Positions 8,803-16,271 are shown, numbered from the stretch's first letter. The stretch: 27,291 nt of DNA from a virus (IMGVR_UViG_3300031994_000051:64001-91291), one strand, 5' to 3'. Numbers and translations are program-made. Notes: generated by a model not told the origin, from the sequence alone.

Positions 8803-9084
8803 ATGGAAACGAATGAACGGAAAAAATTGAACAACAAGGTCGAGTTCACAGGATGCGGAAAGTCGATCGTAATGAGGATGTCAGATCCCGAATTGAGAAA
8901 ACTTCGCGTGTATTCGGAAAAGGACAATAGATCTGAAAAGGAAATGATGAATACAGGATACATAAGGAACTTTTCCCTGTACGCGCTTTTCGACTACGCG
9001 ATCAAATCCAGAAGCAAATGCGGACGGATACGCGAGAATTTCCCCTATCACGATTTTGAACTTATATATTGGACACTTCTATAA
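8803..9084 (+). CDS. hypothetical protein (93 aa)
   Basis: ORF directly after promoter. Confidence 0.8.
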   Translation: METNERKKLNNKVEFTGCGKSIVMRMSDPELRKLRVYSEKDNRSEKEMMNTGYIRNFSLYALFDYAIKSRSKCGRIRENFPYHDFELIYWTLL

Positions 9085-9094
9085 AAACAAAGCA

Positions 9095-9475
9095 ATGGAA
9101 ATAAAGAGGACATACTGGCGCAACATCTACAACAACCAGTTCAAGCCAGAACTTGCAAAGAATATCGGAAACTTCATTATCCAAAAAGGGACGAGACAGG
9201 ACGACGGTTCAATATCCTTCGTTCTGAAAGACGGGATCGATTTACCGACTTCTAACGGGACTGTCGTGTCGGTCAAGACGATCAACACAACTGTCAGGAA
9301 CAGGAAGCACAAGGGAATCGAGTCATTGAAGCCAGACAAGGTCGTCATGGTTTACCCAGACGCAAACGTGCCGATCGAGTACCTTACCGTGGATTCGATG
9401 ATGCTTCTGCTGGACGCGATCGATCAGCAGGTGTTCCCTGTTGACTTCCGATCACCAATATTTCCATGCCTGTGA
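9095..9475 (+). CDS. hypothetical protein (126 aa)
   Basis: Start moved to ATG 9095, 10 nt after upstream stop. Confidence 0.8.
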   Translation: MEIKRTYWRNIYNNQFKPELAKNIGNFIIQKGTRQDDGSISFVLKDGIDLPTSNGTVVSVKTINTTVRNRKHKGIESLKPDKVVMVYPDANVPIEYLTVDSMMLLLDAIDQQVFPVDFRSPIFPCL

Positions 9476-9511
9476 AAATGTAATAACTAACCAAAAGAAA
9501 GGGAAAATGAA

Positions 9512-10000
9512 ATGAAAGTATTGAGGAAAATCATAATCACTGATATTAACCATCACGATCTTGTGAATCTGTTCAGTACGGCACTGACAGGAAGCGACAT
9601 GCTTGGGTGCGACTACGACAAGGATTTCTGGAACGGGATTCCAGACAAAAAGAAGAAAGGTCAGTGCTTCGAGGATCACATCGCTGATGTATTGATTAAC
9701 GGAGGCAAGGTGTATGTCTATGATTACTATGCCAATGGTGAGCTGCACAACGAAAAAGGAACGATCCTTGAAGACGACGATAACGGGAATGCAATGTACG
9801 AGCTTACATTGCAGGACATCGTGAACGGACTGCAACGCGCGGCGGAAGGTGATTTCAAGTGGGACGATCCATGGGAACGCGCCGACGCGAGGGAGAAGTT
9901 CGACGACTACATCGACGAGGGGGAGTATGGGAACTTCGATCTGGACGGGGGAGAGGTGCTTATGCAGATCATCTTGTTCAACGAGGTTATCTATACCTGA
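9512..10000 (+). CDS. hypothetical acidic phage protein (162 aa)
   Basis: ORF followed by terminator. Confidence 0.88.
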   Translation: MKVLRKIIITDINHHDLVNLFSTALTGSDMLGCDYDKDFWNGIPDKKKKGQCFEDHIADVLINGGKVYVYDYYANGELHNEKGTILEDDDNGNAMYELTLQDIVNGLQRAAEGDFKWDDPWERADAREKFDDYIDEGEYGNFDLDGGEVLMQIILFNEVIYT

Positions 10001-10042
10001 CAAGGGAATCTTTTGGTTTTTGTGTTTCATGTTTTTTGTTTG

Positions 10043-10082
10043 GAAGCCTGCCTTCGATCATCGGGGGCGGGTTTCTTTTTGT
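10043..10082 (+). terminator. intrinsic terminator
   Basis: GAAGCCTGCC...GGCGGGTTTC stem plus TTTTT. Confidence 0.8.
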
Positions 10083-10134
10083 TGAATCGATCGGTTTCGC
10101 GACACAATGTCGCGGAAGCTGTCGCGGAAAGAAG

Positions 10135-10149
10135 GATCCCACTGGGATC
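10135..10149. repeat. 15-bp palindrome GATCCCACTGGGATC
   Basis: Exact copy. Confidence 0.95.
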
Positions 10150-10236
10150 CGACTTGATCGATCCCATGGACTTCTTCCAGAAAATTTTTTGAGAAAAAGA
10201 ACGAGAAATTTTCCAGAAAAATTTTCAAGAAATTTC

Positions 10237-10267
10237 TTGGATCGTATTGATATTTTTCGTATCTTTG
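10237..10267 (+). promoter_or_regulatory. Bacteroidota sigma-A-type promoter
   Basis: TTG-N20-TATCTTTG. Confidence 0.85.
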
Positions 10268-10295
10268 CACCGTCAAAACAAAAGGAGGACACAAC

Positions 10296-10415
10296 ATGAC
10301 GGACAAAGAAATGGTAGAGGCCATCAGAGCCGCTTTGACGGAAGAATGCGCGGTTGACACATTGGAAAGGTGCATGGAAACCTTGCAAAAGATTGTACGT
10401 ATAGTTTTCCAATAA
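10296..10415 (+). CDS. small hypothetical protein (39 aa, MTDKEMVEAIRAALTEECAVDTLERCMETLQKIVRIVFQ)
   Basis: Translated by hand (below ORF-track cutoff); first ATG after promoter, preceded by AAGGAGG. Confidence 0.7.
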   Translation: MTDKEMVEAIRAALTEECAVDTLERCMETLQKIVRIVFQ

Positions 10416-10432
10416 CACAAATAATATCACGC

Positions 10433-10645
10433 ATGAACGGATTAACTGCAACACTTATCGCAACGACGGCGATCGCCCTTTTCGAGGCGATACGCTTATC
10501 GTCAAAGAACAGACGTCTGAAGGCCGAGAACAGGAACATGAATAGGTTGATCGATCATTACAAGATGATGATCAATTCCTTGTATGGATGCAATGTACCA
10601 GACGAACAGACTGGAGACACAGACGAAAACAGAAAGGGGGAATGA
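10433..10645 (+). CDS. small protein with N-terminal hydrophobic segment (70 aa)
   Basis: Start moved to ATG 10433; LTATLIATTAIALF hydrophobic stretch then coiled-coil-like region. Confidence 0.72.
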   Translation: MNGLTATLIATTAIALFEAIRLSSKNRRLKAENRNMNRLIDHYKMMINSLYGCNVPDEQTGDTDENRKGE

Positions 10646-10648
10646 GCC

Positions 10649-11080
10649 ATGACACAAGAAGAGAAACAACTTTTGCTCCGAGACCTTTGCGGAAGGTTGT
10701 TGTATGGAGTATTTGTTGAGTATGATTATGGTGATGGTGTAAAAAGGGCAACTAAAATTCATGGAAACTATCTCTATCTTATGATGTTAGGTAAACTCCA
10801 ATGGAAGGATTTTAAGCCTTATCTCCGTCCAATGTCTTCTATGACAGAGGCGGAAATAGAGGAATTAAAGGAATTAATGGGAACTGATGAGGTCAAACAA
10901 TATGGATTCAGTTATTCAGGTCTTATTGGTGAATGCTTTGGCATGATGTATGATGATTGTTCAACGATTGTAGATTATCTAAATTCCCACTATTTGGATT
11001 ATCGCGGGTTGATTCCCATGGGATTGGCCTTGGTAGCACCTTATGGTATGTACACTACCGATCAAAACAAAAAACCATGA
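10649..11080 (+). CDS. hypothetical Bacteroidota-phage-type protein (143 aa)
   Basis: Motifs KPYLRPMSSMT and DYRGLIPMGLAL; AT-rich and GATC-poor. Confidence 0.85.
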   Translation: MTQEEKQLLLRDLCGRLLYGVFVEYDYGDGVKRATKIHGNYLYLMMLGKLQWKDFKPYLRPMSSMTEAEIEELKELMGTDEVKQYGFSYSGLIGECFGMMYDDCSTIVDYLNSHYLDYRGLIPMGLALVAPYGMYTTDQNKKP

Positions 11081-11433
11081 CACAAGAAGAATTATTCGAC
11101 AAAGTTTTCAGCTGTATCCACGGGTGTATAGACGGAACATATCTTCATTGCAATATAAAGGATGGAGTATGTAGATGTGATCATTGTGAATACTTTAAGA
11201 CAGAACTAAGGGAAGCATACGATCAGGTTCTGGACGCATCGAACAGACTCAGTGCCGCCCAGCAGAAGCTTGGAAGGATAGCGAGTGATCTGATAGGGGT
11301 TGAAGTCGTGGCCGACATCTGCGGTGGAGACGAGATAGAGTTTCGATCGATCCACGACGATGGGACAGACGATAACGACTGCATAAGAATTGAACAAATA
11401 GAACAACTTGCAAAAGAAAGAGGTACACTATGA
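11077..11433 (+). CDS. hypothetical protein (118 aa, Cys-rich N-half)
   Basis: ATGA overlap with upstream stop; CxxC-like pairs. Confidence 0.78.
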   Translation: MTQEELFDKVFSCIHGCIDGTYLHCNIKDGVCRCDHCEYFKTELREAYDQVLDASNRLSAAQQKLGRIASDLIGVEVVADICGGDEIEFRSIHDDGTDDNDCIRIEQIEQLAKERGTL

Positions 11434-11627
11434 AAGTATTCAACGAAAGGGAGATCAAGCGGATCCTCAAGGACAACGGCTACTCCGTGAAAAGAAGCAA
11501 CGGAACTTCCCATGAGATATGGGAGAACAAGGAGACTGGCGACAAGCTTTCCCTGAACGCCAAGCACATCAATAGGATGGTGTGGCAGCGTCTGGTGAAG
11601 GAACACAACATCAGGTGCCAGTTCTGA
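11430..11627 (+). CDS. hicA: HicA-family toxin-like protein (65 aa)
   Basis: EIKRILKDNGYSVKRSNGTSHEIW matches the HicA pattern (helix, G-x-x-H, W); size fits; no HicB adjacent. Confidence 0.7.
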   Translation: MKVFNEREIKRILKDNGYSVKRSNGTSHEIWENKETGDKLSLNAKHINRMVWQRLVKEHNIRCQF

Positions 11628-11691
11628 ACGATGTATTCTGATGTATAGAAAAACCAGAAAAAAATTTCCAGAAATTTTTTCGAGATTTTTC

Positions 11692-11722
11692 TTGGATCGT
11701 ATTGATATTTTTCGTATCTTTG
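11692..11722 (+). promoter_or_regulatory. Bacteroidota sigma-A-type promoter
   Basis: TTG-N20-TATCTTTG. Confidence 0.85.
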
Positions 11723-11774
11723 CATCGTCAAAACAAAACGGAAAACTAACCTATAAAAAAGAAAAGAAACAATC

Positions 11775-12044
11775 ATGGAAACAAAAGAATCGTTCTACAG
11801 TGAAATCAGATGCGACTACCTGAATCCAGAGGGATATTGGACAGTTGACGCTTGGTCAGACGACAACGAGGTAGGTAAGGTCATAGCAGCGATCGACGCT
11901 GATACAGCAAAGGTCTTTTATGTTGACGGTTGCGCAAAGCATGATTCCTACGCACAGGATGTCATTTCCGAAAAGGTTCGGGAGATCATGGAATCCGAGG
12001 AGGACGATCGTGCCGAGGCTATTGTGAATTCAATTCAAGTGTGA
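11775..12044 (+). CDS. hypothetical acidic protein (89 aa)
   Basis: First ORF after promoter. Confidence 0.85.
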   Translation: METKESFYSEIRCDYLNPEGYWTVDAWSDDNEVGKVIAAIDADTAKVFYVDGCAKHDSYAQDVISEKVREIMESEEDDRAEAIVNSIQV

Positions 12045-12058
12045 TGGAGGGGATCGCC

Positions 12059-12241
12059 ATGGTAAAGTACAGGAAATTCAGGTTGAACGTCAACAGGGAG
12101 TCGATCGATCTTTCCGACTGCAACTACGGCAACGCGATGAAAAGATATGCCGCTGTCCCTAAAGGGAACGACAAGATGCTTGTCGGGATTGATTGGGTCG
12201 GGAAGGAACACCCGATCATCTGGACTGGCAAATGCAGATAA
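12059..12241 (+). CDS. hypothetical protein (~60 aa)
   Basis: ATG 12059 preferred; starts at 12041/12044 also possible. Confidence 0.7.
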   Translation: MVKYRKFRLNVNRESIDLSDCNYGNAMKRYAAVPKGNDKMLVGIDWVGKEHPIIWTGKCR

Positions 12242-12259
12242 CATAAAAAACAAACGACA

Positions 12260-12568
12260 ATGATAGAGCCGATAAGAAAAATCATAGAGAAATACAAGGA
12301 GAAACATGAGTTCAACGCTGTAAACTGCCGACGCAAGCAGAAGCGAATGGAAGATTCCAGATACAGGATGAAGGTGGATGACATAGAGGCGAGGATCAAC
12401 TTCGTCGTGTCCAACTCCAATGACGAGCATACCGTCATATACAGCGTGAATGAACACGACAAGGAAATGTATGGCAGGATCGCCGATCATTTCAGGGAGA
12501 ATGGTTTCAAGACAGCAATCACTGGGATCGACGGGTTTGACGGGACATATATCGTTATAGGATGGTGA
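12260..12568 (+). CDS. hypothetical protein (102 aa)
   Basis: Operon packing, A-rich leader. Confidence 0.8.
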   Translation: MIEPIRKIIEKYKEKHEFNAVNCRRKQKRMEDSRYRMKVDDIEARINFVVSNSNDEHTVIYSVNEHDKEMYGRIADHFRENGFKTAITGIDGFDGTYIVIGW

Positions 12569-12717
12569 ACGTGAGGAAAGGGGAATACTGCCTAATATTG
12601 TGGAAGGGCAAGTCGAGGTCTTGGTACAGGACGATCGATCAAGCTCTGTCCGCATACGGAAAGGCCGATCCGCCCAAGACATTGGTAAAGGGAAGCAAGA
12701 TAGTCAAAACCTCGTAA
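12562..12717 (+). CDS. small hypothetical protein (51 aa, MVNVRKGEYCLILWKG...)
   Basis: Translated by hand; fills the gap between neighbours, 7-nt overlap upstream. Confidence 0.65.
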   Translation: MVNVRKGEYCLILWKGKSRSWYRTIDQALSAYGKADPPKTLVKGSKIVKTS

Positions 12718-12727
12718 GATATTCAAA

Positions 12728-12922
12728 ATGGGAAAATATTCTGAGTTCAAGGTGACATCGTCTGGGATCGATTTCAACGAGAAATATCCAGATTTCAGAT
12801 CCGCGAAACATGATTATTTCAGGCTACCTTTGCCAAGAGCCATGATTGGACTCAACAAGCATGGGATATGGGAAACAATAAATGAGAAATTAAAATCAAA
12901 ACATCATAATGTATATGGATAA
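12728..12922 (+). CDS. hypothetical protein (64 aa)
   Basis: Operon packing. Confidence 0.72.
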   Translation: MGKYSEFKVTSSGIDFNEKYPDFRSAKHDYFRLPLPRAMIGLNKHGIWETINEKLKSKHHNVYG

Positions 12923-13112
12923 CAATTCAACAAAGAAATCGCTTATCGGCAAAAGCGGGATAGAGCAAAAGCTTATCATTTCGGAATGGTTGCGATCGAT
13001 CATGGAAGCCGAGACATTCGAGAAAGCCATGTCCATAGTCGAGAGTATTTACCAGTCTGGCCATTCGGATGGTTATAACTTTGGGACTGGGGACAATTCT
13101 TGGGACAAATGA
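12909..13112 (+). CDS. hypothetical protein (65-67 aa)
   Basis: Overlaps upstream stop; start at 12909 or 12915. Confidence 0.7.
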   Translation: MYMDNNSTKKSLIGKSGIEQKLIISEWLRSIMEAETFEKAMSIVESIYQSGHSDGYNFGTGDNSWDK

Positions 13113-13124
13113 ATTTTCTTAACA

Positions 13125-13319
13125 ATGGAACGCAAGACATATAAAGTTGGGGATACTTTCACCCCTAAAAGAAGCAAGGTGGAATATACTGTTGTCGCCG
13201 TATTCCAAGACGACGGGACGGATTTCATAGTAGCAAAGAAGCCGTCTGGTTATGGGAGCTTTTATTACAGGAATATTTTTTCCTATGATGACGACGGGAA
13301 CCTTTTCAGCAGAAGTTGA
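13125..13319 (+). CDS. hypothetical protein (64 aa)
   Basis: Last gene of the + arm, followed by terminator. Confidence 0.78.
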   Translation: MERKTYKVGDTFTPKRSKVEYTVVAVFQDDGTDFIVAKKPSGYGSFYYRNIFSYDDDGNLFSRS

Positions 13320-13337
13320 TTTATTGCACTGTAATTT

Positions 13338-13387
13338 GGAATCCCAGATCGATCCTTTTTTCGGATTGGTCTGGGATTCCTATTTTT
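13338..13387 (+). terminator. intrinsic terminator closing the + arm
   Basis: Perfect 11-bp stem GGAATCCCAGA/TCTGGGATTCC then TATTTTT. Confidence 0.75.
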
Positions 13388-13431
13388 GTGTCATTTGTGT
13401 TCGGCGGATGGCGTCTGTCGCCACAGTATAG

Positions 13432-13446
13432 GATCCCAGTGGGATC
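13432..13446. repeat. 15-bp palindrome GATCCCAGTGGGATC
   Basis: Exact copy 13 nt past the stop of the 346-aa gene. Confidence 0.95.
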
Positions 13447-13459
13447 CATATTCTCGTGT

Positions 13460-14500
13460 TCACTTGTGTTCGATGCAGATCGGGTTGTCGATCGGCCTCC
13501 CTTTCCTGTCGAGATCGATCATGTCTGGACTTATTCTTGAGAACCAGTATCTTCTCGGCTTGTAGTCCATGAGGTTCTTACCCCTTTCCTTGAGGCTGTT
13601 GTAGCTTTTCTCCCCGTTCCTTGACATCGATCGTATCAGGAACCTGTTCACCCCGTCCCTGTGGTATCCTTCGATAACTATGCCTCCATAGGCCATGTAA
13701 GCCCTGAAGTCGTCCATTCCCCTTATGCACTTGATGAACGCCTTCTTTATCGCGCTGTTCCTGTACCCCTTGAACCCTGACGGGAACGTGATCATGTCCT
13801 CTCCCTCGAAGAACATTGGCTTTATGGGTTTCCTTCCGTCCCAGAACTCGATCGATCCAGTCATGAAGCAAGGCCGTATGTCCTTGCAGAACGTGAGCCT
13901 GTCGAAGAACCCGTCTATAGCCTGCGCCCTGTGCGTGTTTATCCACAGTATCCATGACTCGGATTTCTTGCTCTCTGGCTTCTGGTGCTGCCTCATGCGC
14001 TCTATGCTGTACTGCTTGAACGTGAAGCCACAATCCGATCGGGTGTCTATCAGTGGAGTGTATGACAGTTTGGGGACGATCACCTTCTGCTTCGGGCTGT
14101 ACTGCGCACCGCAGACGAGAAGATGCTTGTCGTTGAGAAGCCTGTTGAAGTCTGGTATGTCTGGCTTCTTCCTCCTGTCGCGTTTCTTGTACTTGCGCTT
14201 CGCTTGTTTTTCGGCAAGTTTTTCCGCGAGTTTCTTCAGCCGTAGCCTTTCCTTGCGTTTGGCCTCGTATTCCGCACCCCTGCGTCTCCTGCGCTTCGGG
14301 CCTGGCCTGTGTTTCCTTTTGACCTTCCTGCGATCGATCTTGTGGCCGTGCCTGTCGTATGTTATGCCAAGCCCTTCCTTAGGCTCGTCAGCCTTATGTT
14401 CGACGCGCATCCACTTTGTCGGCCTGTTCTCCTTGGATGCGTTTTTGTTGCCCTTCTGTGATGTCTGGGTCTTTTTCTTCGTTTTCTTGCTTTCTTCCAT
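13460..14500 (-). CDS. very basic hypothetical protein (346 aa), K/R-rich N-terminus, possibly nucleic-acid binding
   Basis: Start moved to MEESKK (14500); RRKVKRKHRPGPKRRRRR tract then a ~220-aa globular-looking region; no family recognised. Confidence 0.8.
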   Translation of the reverse strand: MEESKKTKKKTQTSQKGNKNASKENRPTKWMRVEHKADEPKEGLGITYDRHGHKIDRRKVKRKHRPGPKRRRRRGAEYEAKRKERLRLKKLAEKLAEKQAKRKYKKRDRRKKPDIPDFNRLLNDKHLLVCGAQYSPKQKVIVPKLSYTPLIDTRSDCGFTFKQYSIERMRQHQKPESKKSESWILWINTHRAQAIDGFFDRLTFCKDIRPCFMTGSIEFWDGRKPIKPMFFEGEDMITFPSGFKGYRNSAIKKAFIKCIRGMDDFRAYMAYGGIVIEGYHRDGVNRFLIRSMSRNGEKSYNSLKERGKNLMDYKPRRYWFSRISPDMIDLDRKGRPIDNPICIEHK

Positions 14501-14582
14501 ACTGTATCTATCTATGTTTCCAAAAGGATCGATCCTTGTGAACACAGGATATATAAATCGAAAAACATAACCAAACAAAGAA

Positions 14583-14726
14583 ATGAAGATCAATGACATA
14601 AAAGTCATACCGCACTATGACGGGAATTATAATGTCAGTGGTATAACGATTTTTCCTCCGAAAGGGTTTAAGGCTAAAGGGAATGTGCCGACGATAATAG
14701 AATTTGAGCCGATCGAACCTAAATAG
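14583..14726 (+). CDS. small hypothetical protein (47 aa, MKINDIKVIPHYDGNY...)
   Basis: Translated by hand; typical A-rich leader; divergent from the 346-aa gene. Confidence 0.55.
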   Translation: MKINDIKVIPHYDGNYNVSGITIFPPKGFKAKGNVPTIIEFEPIEPK

Positions 14727-14801
14727 ATATTCCTTTATTGGATTGATCCAGTCTGGTTGGTGTTCTGTTGTTTTTGACTCGGTCTTATTGTGTACATTCT
14801 G

Positions 14802-14816
14802 GATCCCACTGGGATC
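14802..14816. repeat. 15-bp palindrome GATCCCACTGGGATC
   Basis: Exact copy; first of a tandem pair 48 bp apart. Confidence 0.95.
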
Positions 14817-14849
14817 CGTTTTATGTGTACGGATGTCACTGCGAAAACG

Positions 14850-14864
14850 GATCCCACTGGGATC
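14850..14864. repeat. 15-bp palindrome GATCCCACTGGGATC
   Basis: Exact copy; second of the tandem pair. Confidence 0.95.
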
Positions 14865-14925
14865 GATCGTTTTGCGCGGAATGACAGAATGTCATGTCAG
14901 GTACTAACAAAATGTCAGTTTTGTC

Positions 14926-14956
14926 TTGGATCGTGTCGGATTTTTTCGTATCTTTG
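14926..14956 (+). promoter_or_regulatory. Bacteroidota sigma-A-type promoter with no convincing ORF downstream
   Basis: TTG-N20-TATCTTTG. Confidence 0.8.
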
Positions 14957-14959
14957 CAG

Positions 14960-15270
14960 CACGAAACATGACAAAAAGGCAGATCCGATCTTTCCCCTTT
15001 CCTGACAGGATGTCAGTGAAGGTTCTTGATCGGATCTGTCGAAAAATGAATCGTGACTGTTTGTGTGTTTAATTGAAACACCATGTGGTTCCCGTCTCGG
15101 TTTATCCACAACATCAAGAATGCATGTTTTGTGTCCCCAAATTCGTAAAAATTGCGAATACCAGAGAAAATTTTTAACAAATAATGAAAGATCTCTGGTG
15201 ACAATCATATGCAATTAATCTCATCGCATATGATTTGGATCGATCGGAATTATGGTGATCGATCCTGTTT
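14960..15270 (+). ncRNA. candidate hairpin-rich non-coding transcript (or cruciform-rich DNA element)
   Basis: Own promoter; stems CAGATCCGATC/GATCGGATCTG, ACCAGAGA/TCTCTGGT, AATCATATGC/GCATATGATT, GGATCGATC/GATCGATCC. Confidence 0.45.
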
Positions 15271-15309
15271 GTGATCATGCTTGTTATCCTGATTGATGGT
15301 TTTATTGGT

Positions 15310-15731
15310 AAAAGGGAAGCGGATCGATCGCGGCTGTGTACTTGGGATGGGGACCCTCCAGCCCAACTGTTGTTAACATGCGCAAGCCCGTCGGCGTTCT
15401 GGTATAATTGGGCGGCGCAATGGCGTAGCGGCGTTTCCGCTTCCGCTTCCCTTGATAGGTCTGGGTTGTTGGCTTGACAGGTGGCTTATTGGCGGGGGCG
15501 AATAGGTGTTGATCGTCCAATCTCGCGGCCATCCGTTCTTGGTTTCTGGGCCTGAAGTAATGGCATCTTTGCACCAGCAGGTCTCTAGATTAACCAGACC
15601 TTGTTTCCCGCTATTAGTTTATAGCATATAGGCCGATCGGCGGGTAATCAGCTTGCCGTTTATACCCTGCAGGGTTATCGTGAAGGGAACGGCCTGTTCT
15701 CCATCTGTGTGGGGCGGTTCCCTTTTCACAA
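15310..15731 (-). ncRNA. candidate ~420-nt multi-domain structured ncRNA, family unknown
   Basis: GC-rich island behind its own promoter; tiled by long-range stems (12 bp 15312-15323/15442-15453; 8 bp 15457-15464/15594-15601; 5' hairpin ~15680-15730); GCG-GAAA-CGC tetraloop on - strand. Confidence 0.6.
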
Positions 15732-15733
15732 TG

Positions 15734-15764
15734 CAAATATACGGAAATATTTTTTATCTGGAAA
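15734..15764 (-). promoter_or_regulatory. variant promoter (TTTCCAG-N10-TTTCCGTATATTTG)
   Basis: TATATTTG -7 box at 15734-15741; no TTG box; same architecture as the promoter at 21528. Confidence 0.75.
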
Positions 15765-15893
15765 ACATTTTCTGGAAAATTTTTCAATATTTTTCTTGGA
15801 ATTTTTACAGGATTTTTATCTGTTTTATTTTCAAGTATTTACAAAAATTTCCTTAGAATATTTTCTTGGATTTTCTTTGTAATTTTTCCAGAA

Positions 15894-16184
15894 TCATTTC
15901 CTGTTGATATTCCATCCGAGTTTCAGGATCAGTTTCAGCGTCTCCATGGCGGTGGATCGATCGTATTCCTTTTCGGTTTCTGGGAGATCCTGATACGGTA
16001 CGAGACAAGGATGTTTCTTGAGGGAGTCGTCTCTTGATGGTCCGTATGTCCATCCTTGATCGATCCTTTGTTTTGCCCAGATGTCGTGGACGTTTTCTGC
16101 GATTCTTTCTCTGAGTTCTTCCAGTTCTTCAGGAAGGTTGATGTCCGACGTGTTGATCGGATTCGGTTTGTAGGTGTTTTTCAT
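15894..16184 (-). CDS. stand-alone RyR (ryanodine receptor repeat) domain protein (96 aa)
   Basis: AENVHDIWAKQRIDQGWTYGPSRDDSLKKHPCLVPYQDLPETEKEYDR is the classic RyR-domain signature. Confidence 0.92.
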   Translation of the reverse strand: MKNTYKPNPINTSDINLPEELEELRERIAENVHDIWAKQRIDQGWTYGPSRDDSLKKHPCLVPYQDLPETEKEYDRSTAMETLKLILKLGWNINRK

Positions 16185-16240
16185 TTTCTCTTTTTTATTT
16201 GTGTATAAACACATTGTTGTTATGTATTTGAATTACGGTG

Positions 16241-16271
16241 CAAAGATACGAATAAAAAACTTTTGATTTAT
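16241..16271 (-). promoter_or_regulatory. probable sigma-A-type promoter (-7 box only)
   Basis: CGTATCTTTGCACCG on - strand (box 16241-16248); no clear TTG at 19-21 nt. Confidence 0.65.

Noticed and set aside
15302-15574. 90-aa (or 76-aa from ATG) ORF on - strand
   Set aside because: Atypical Pro/Arg-rich composition, no A-rich leader, ~160-200 nt from the promoter, and fully overlapped by long-range stems. Treated as ncRNA, but not formally excluded.
15310-15731. Assignment as tmRNA or RNase P RNA
   Set aside because: No tRNA-like GGGG.../TTCGA...CCA ends and no GAGGAAAGUCC CR-I motif; + strand ACAGGTGGCTTAT only loosely resembles CR-V and is on the strand opposite the promoter.
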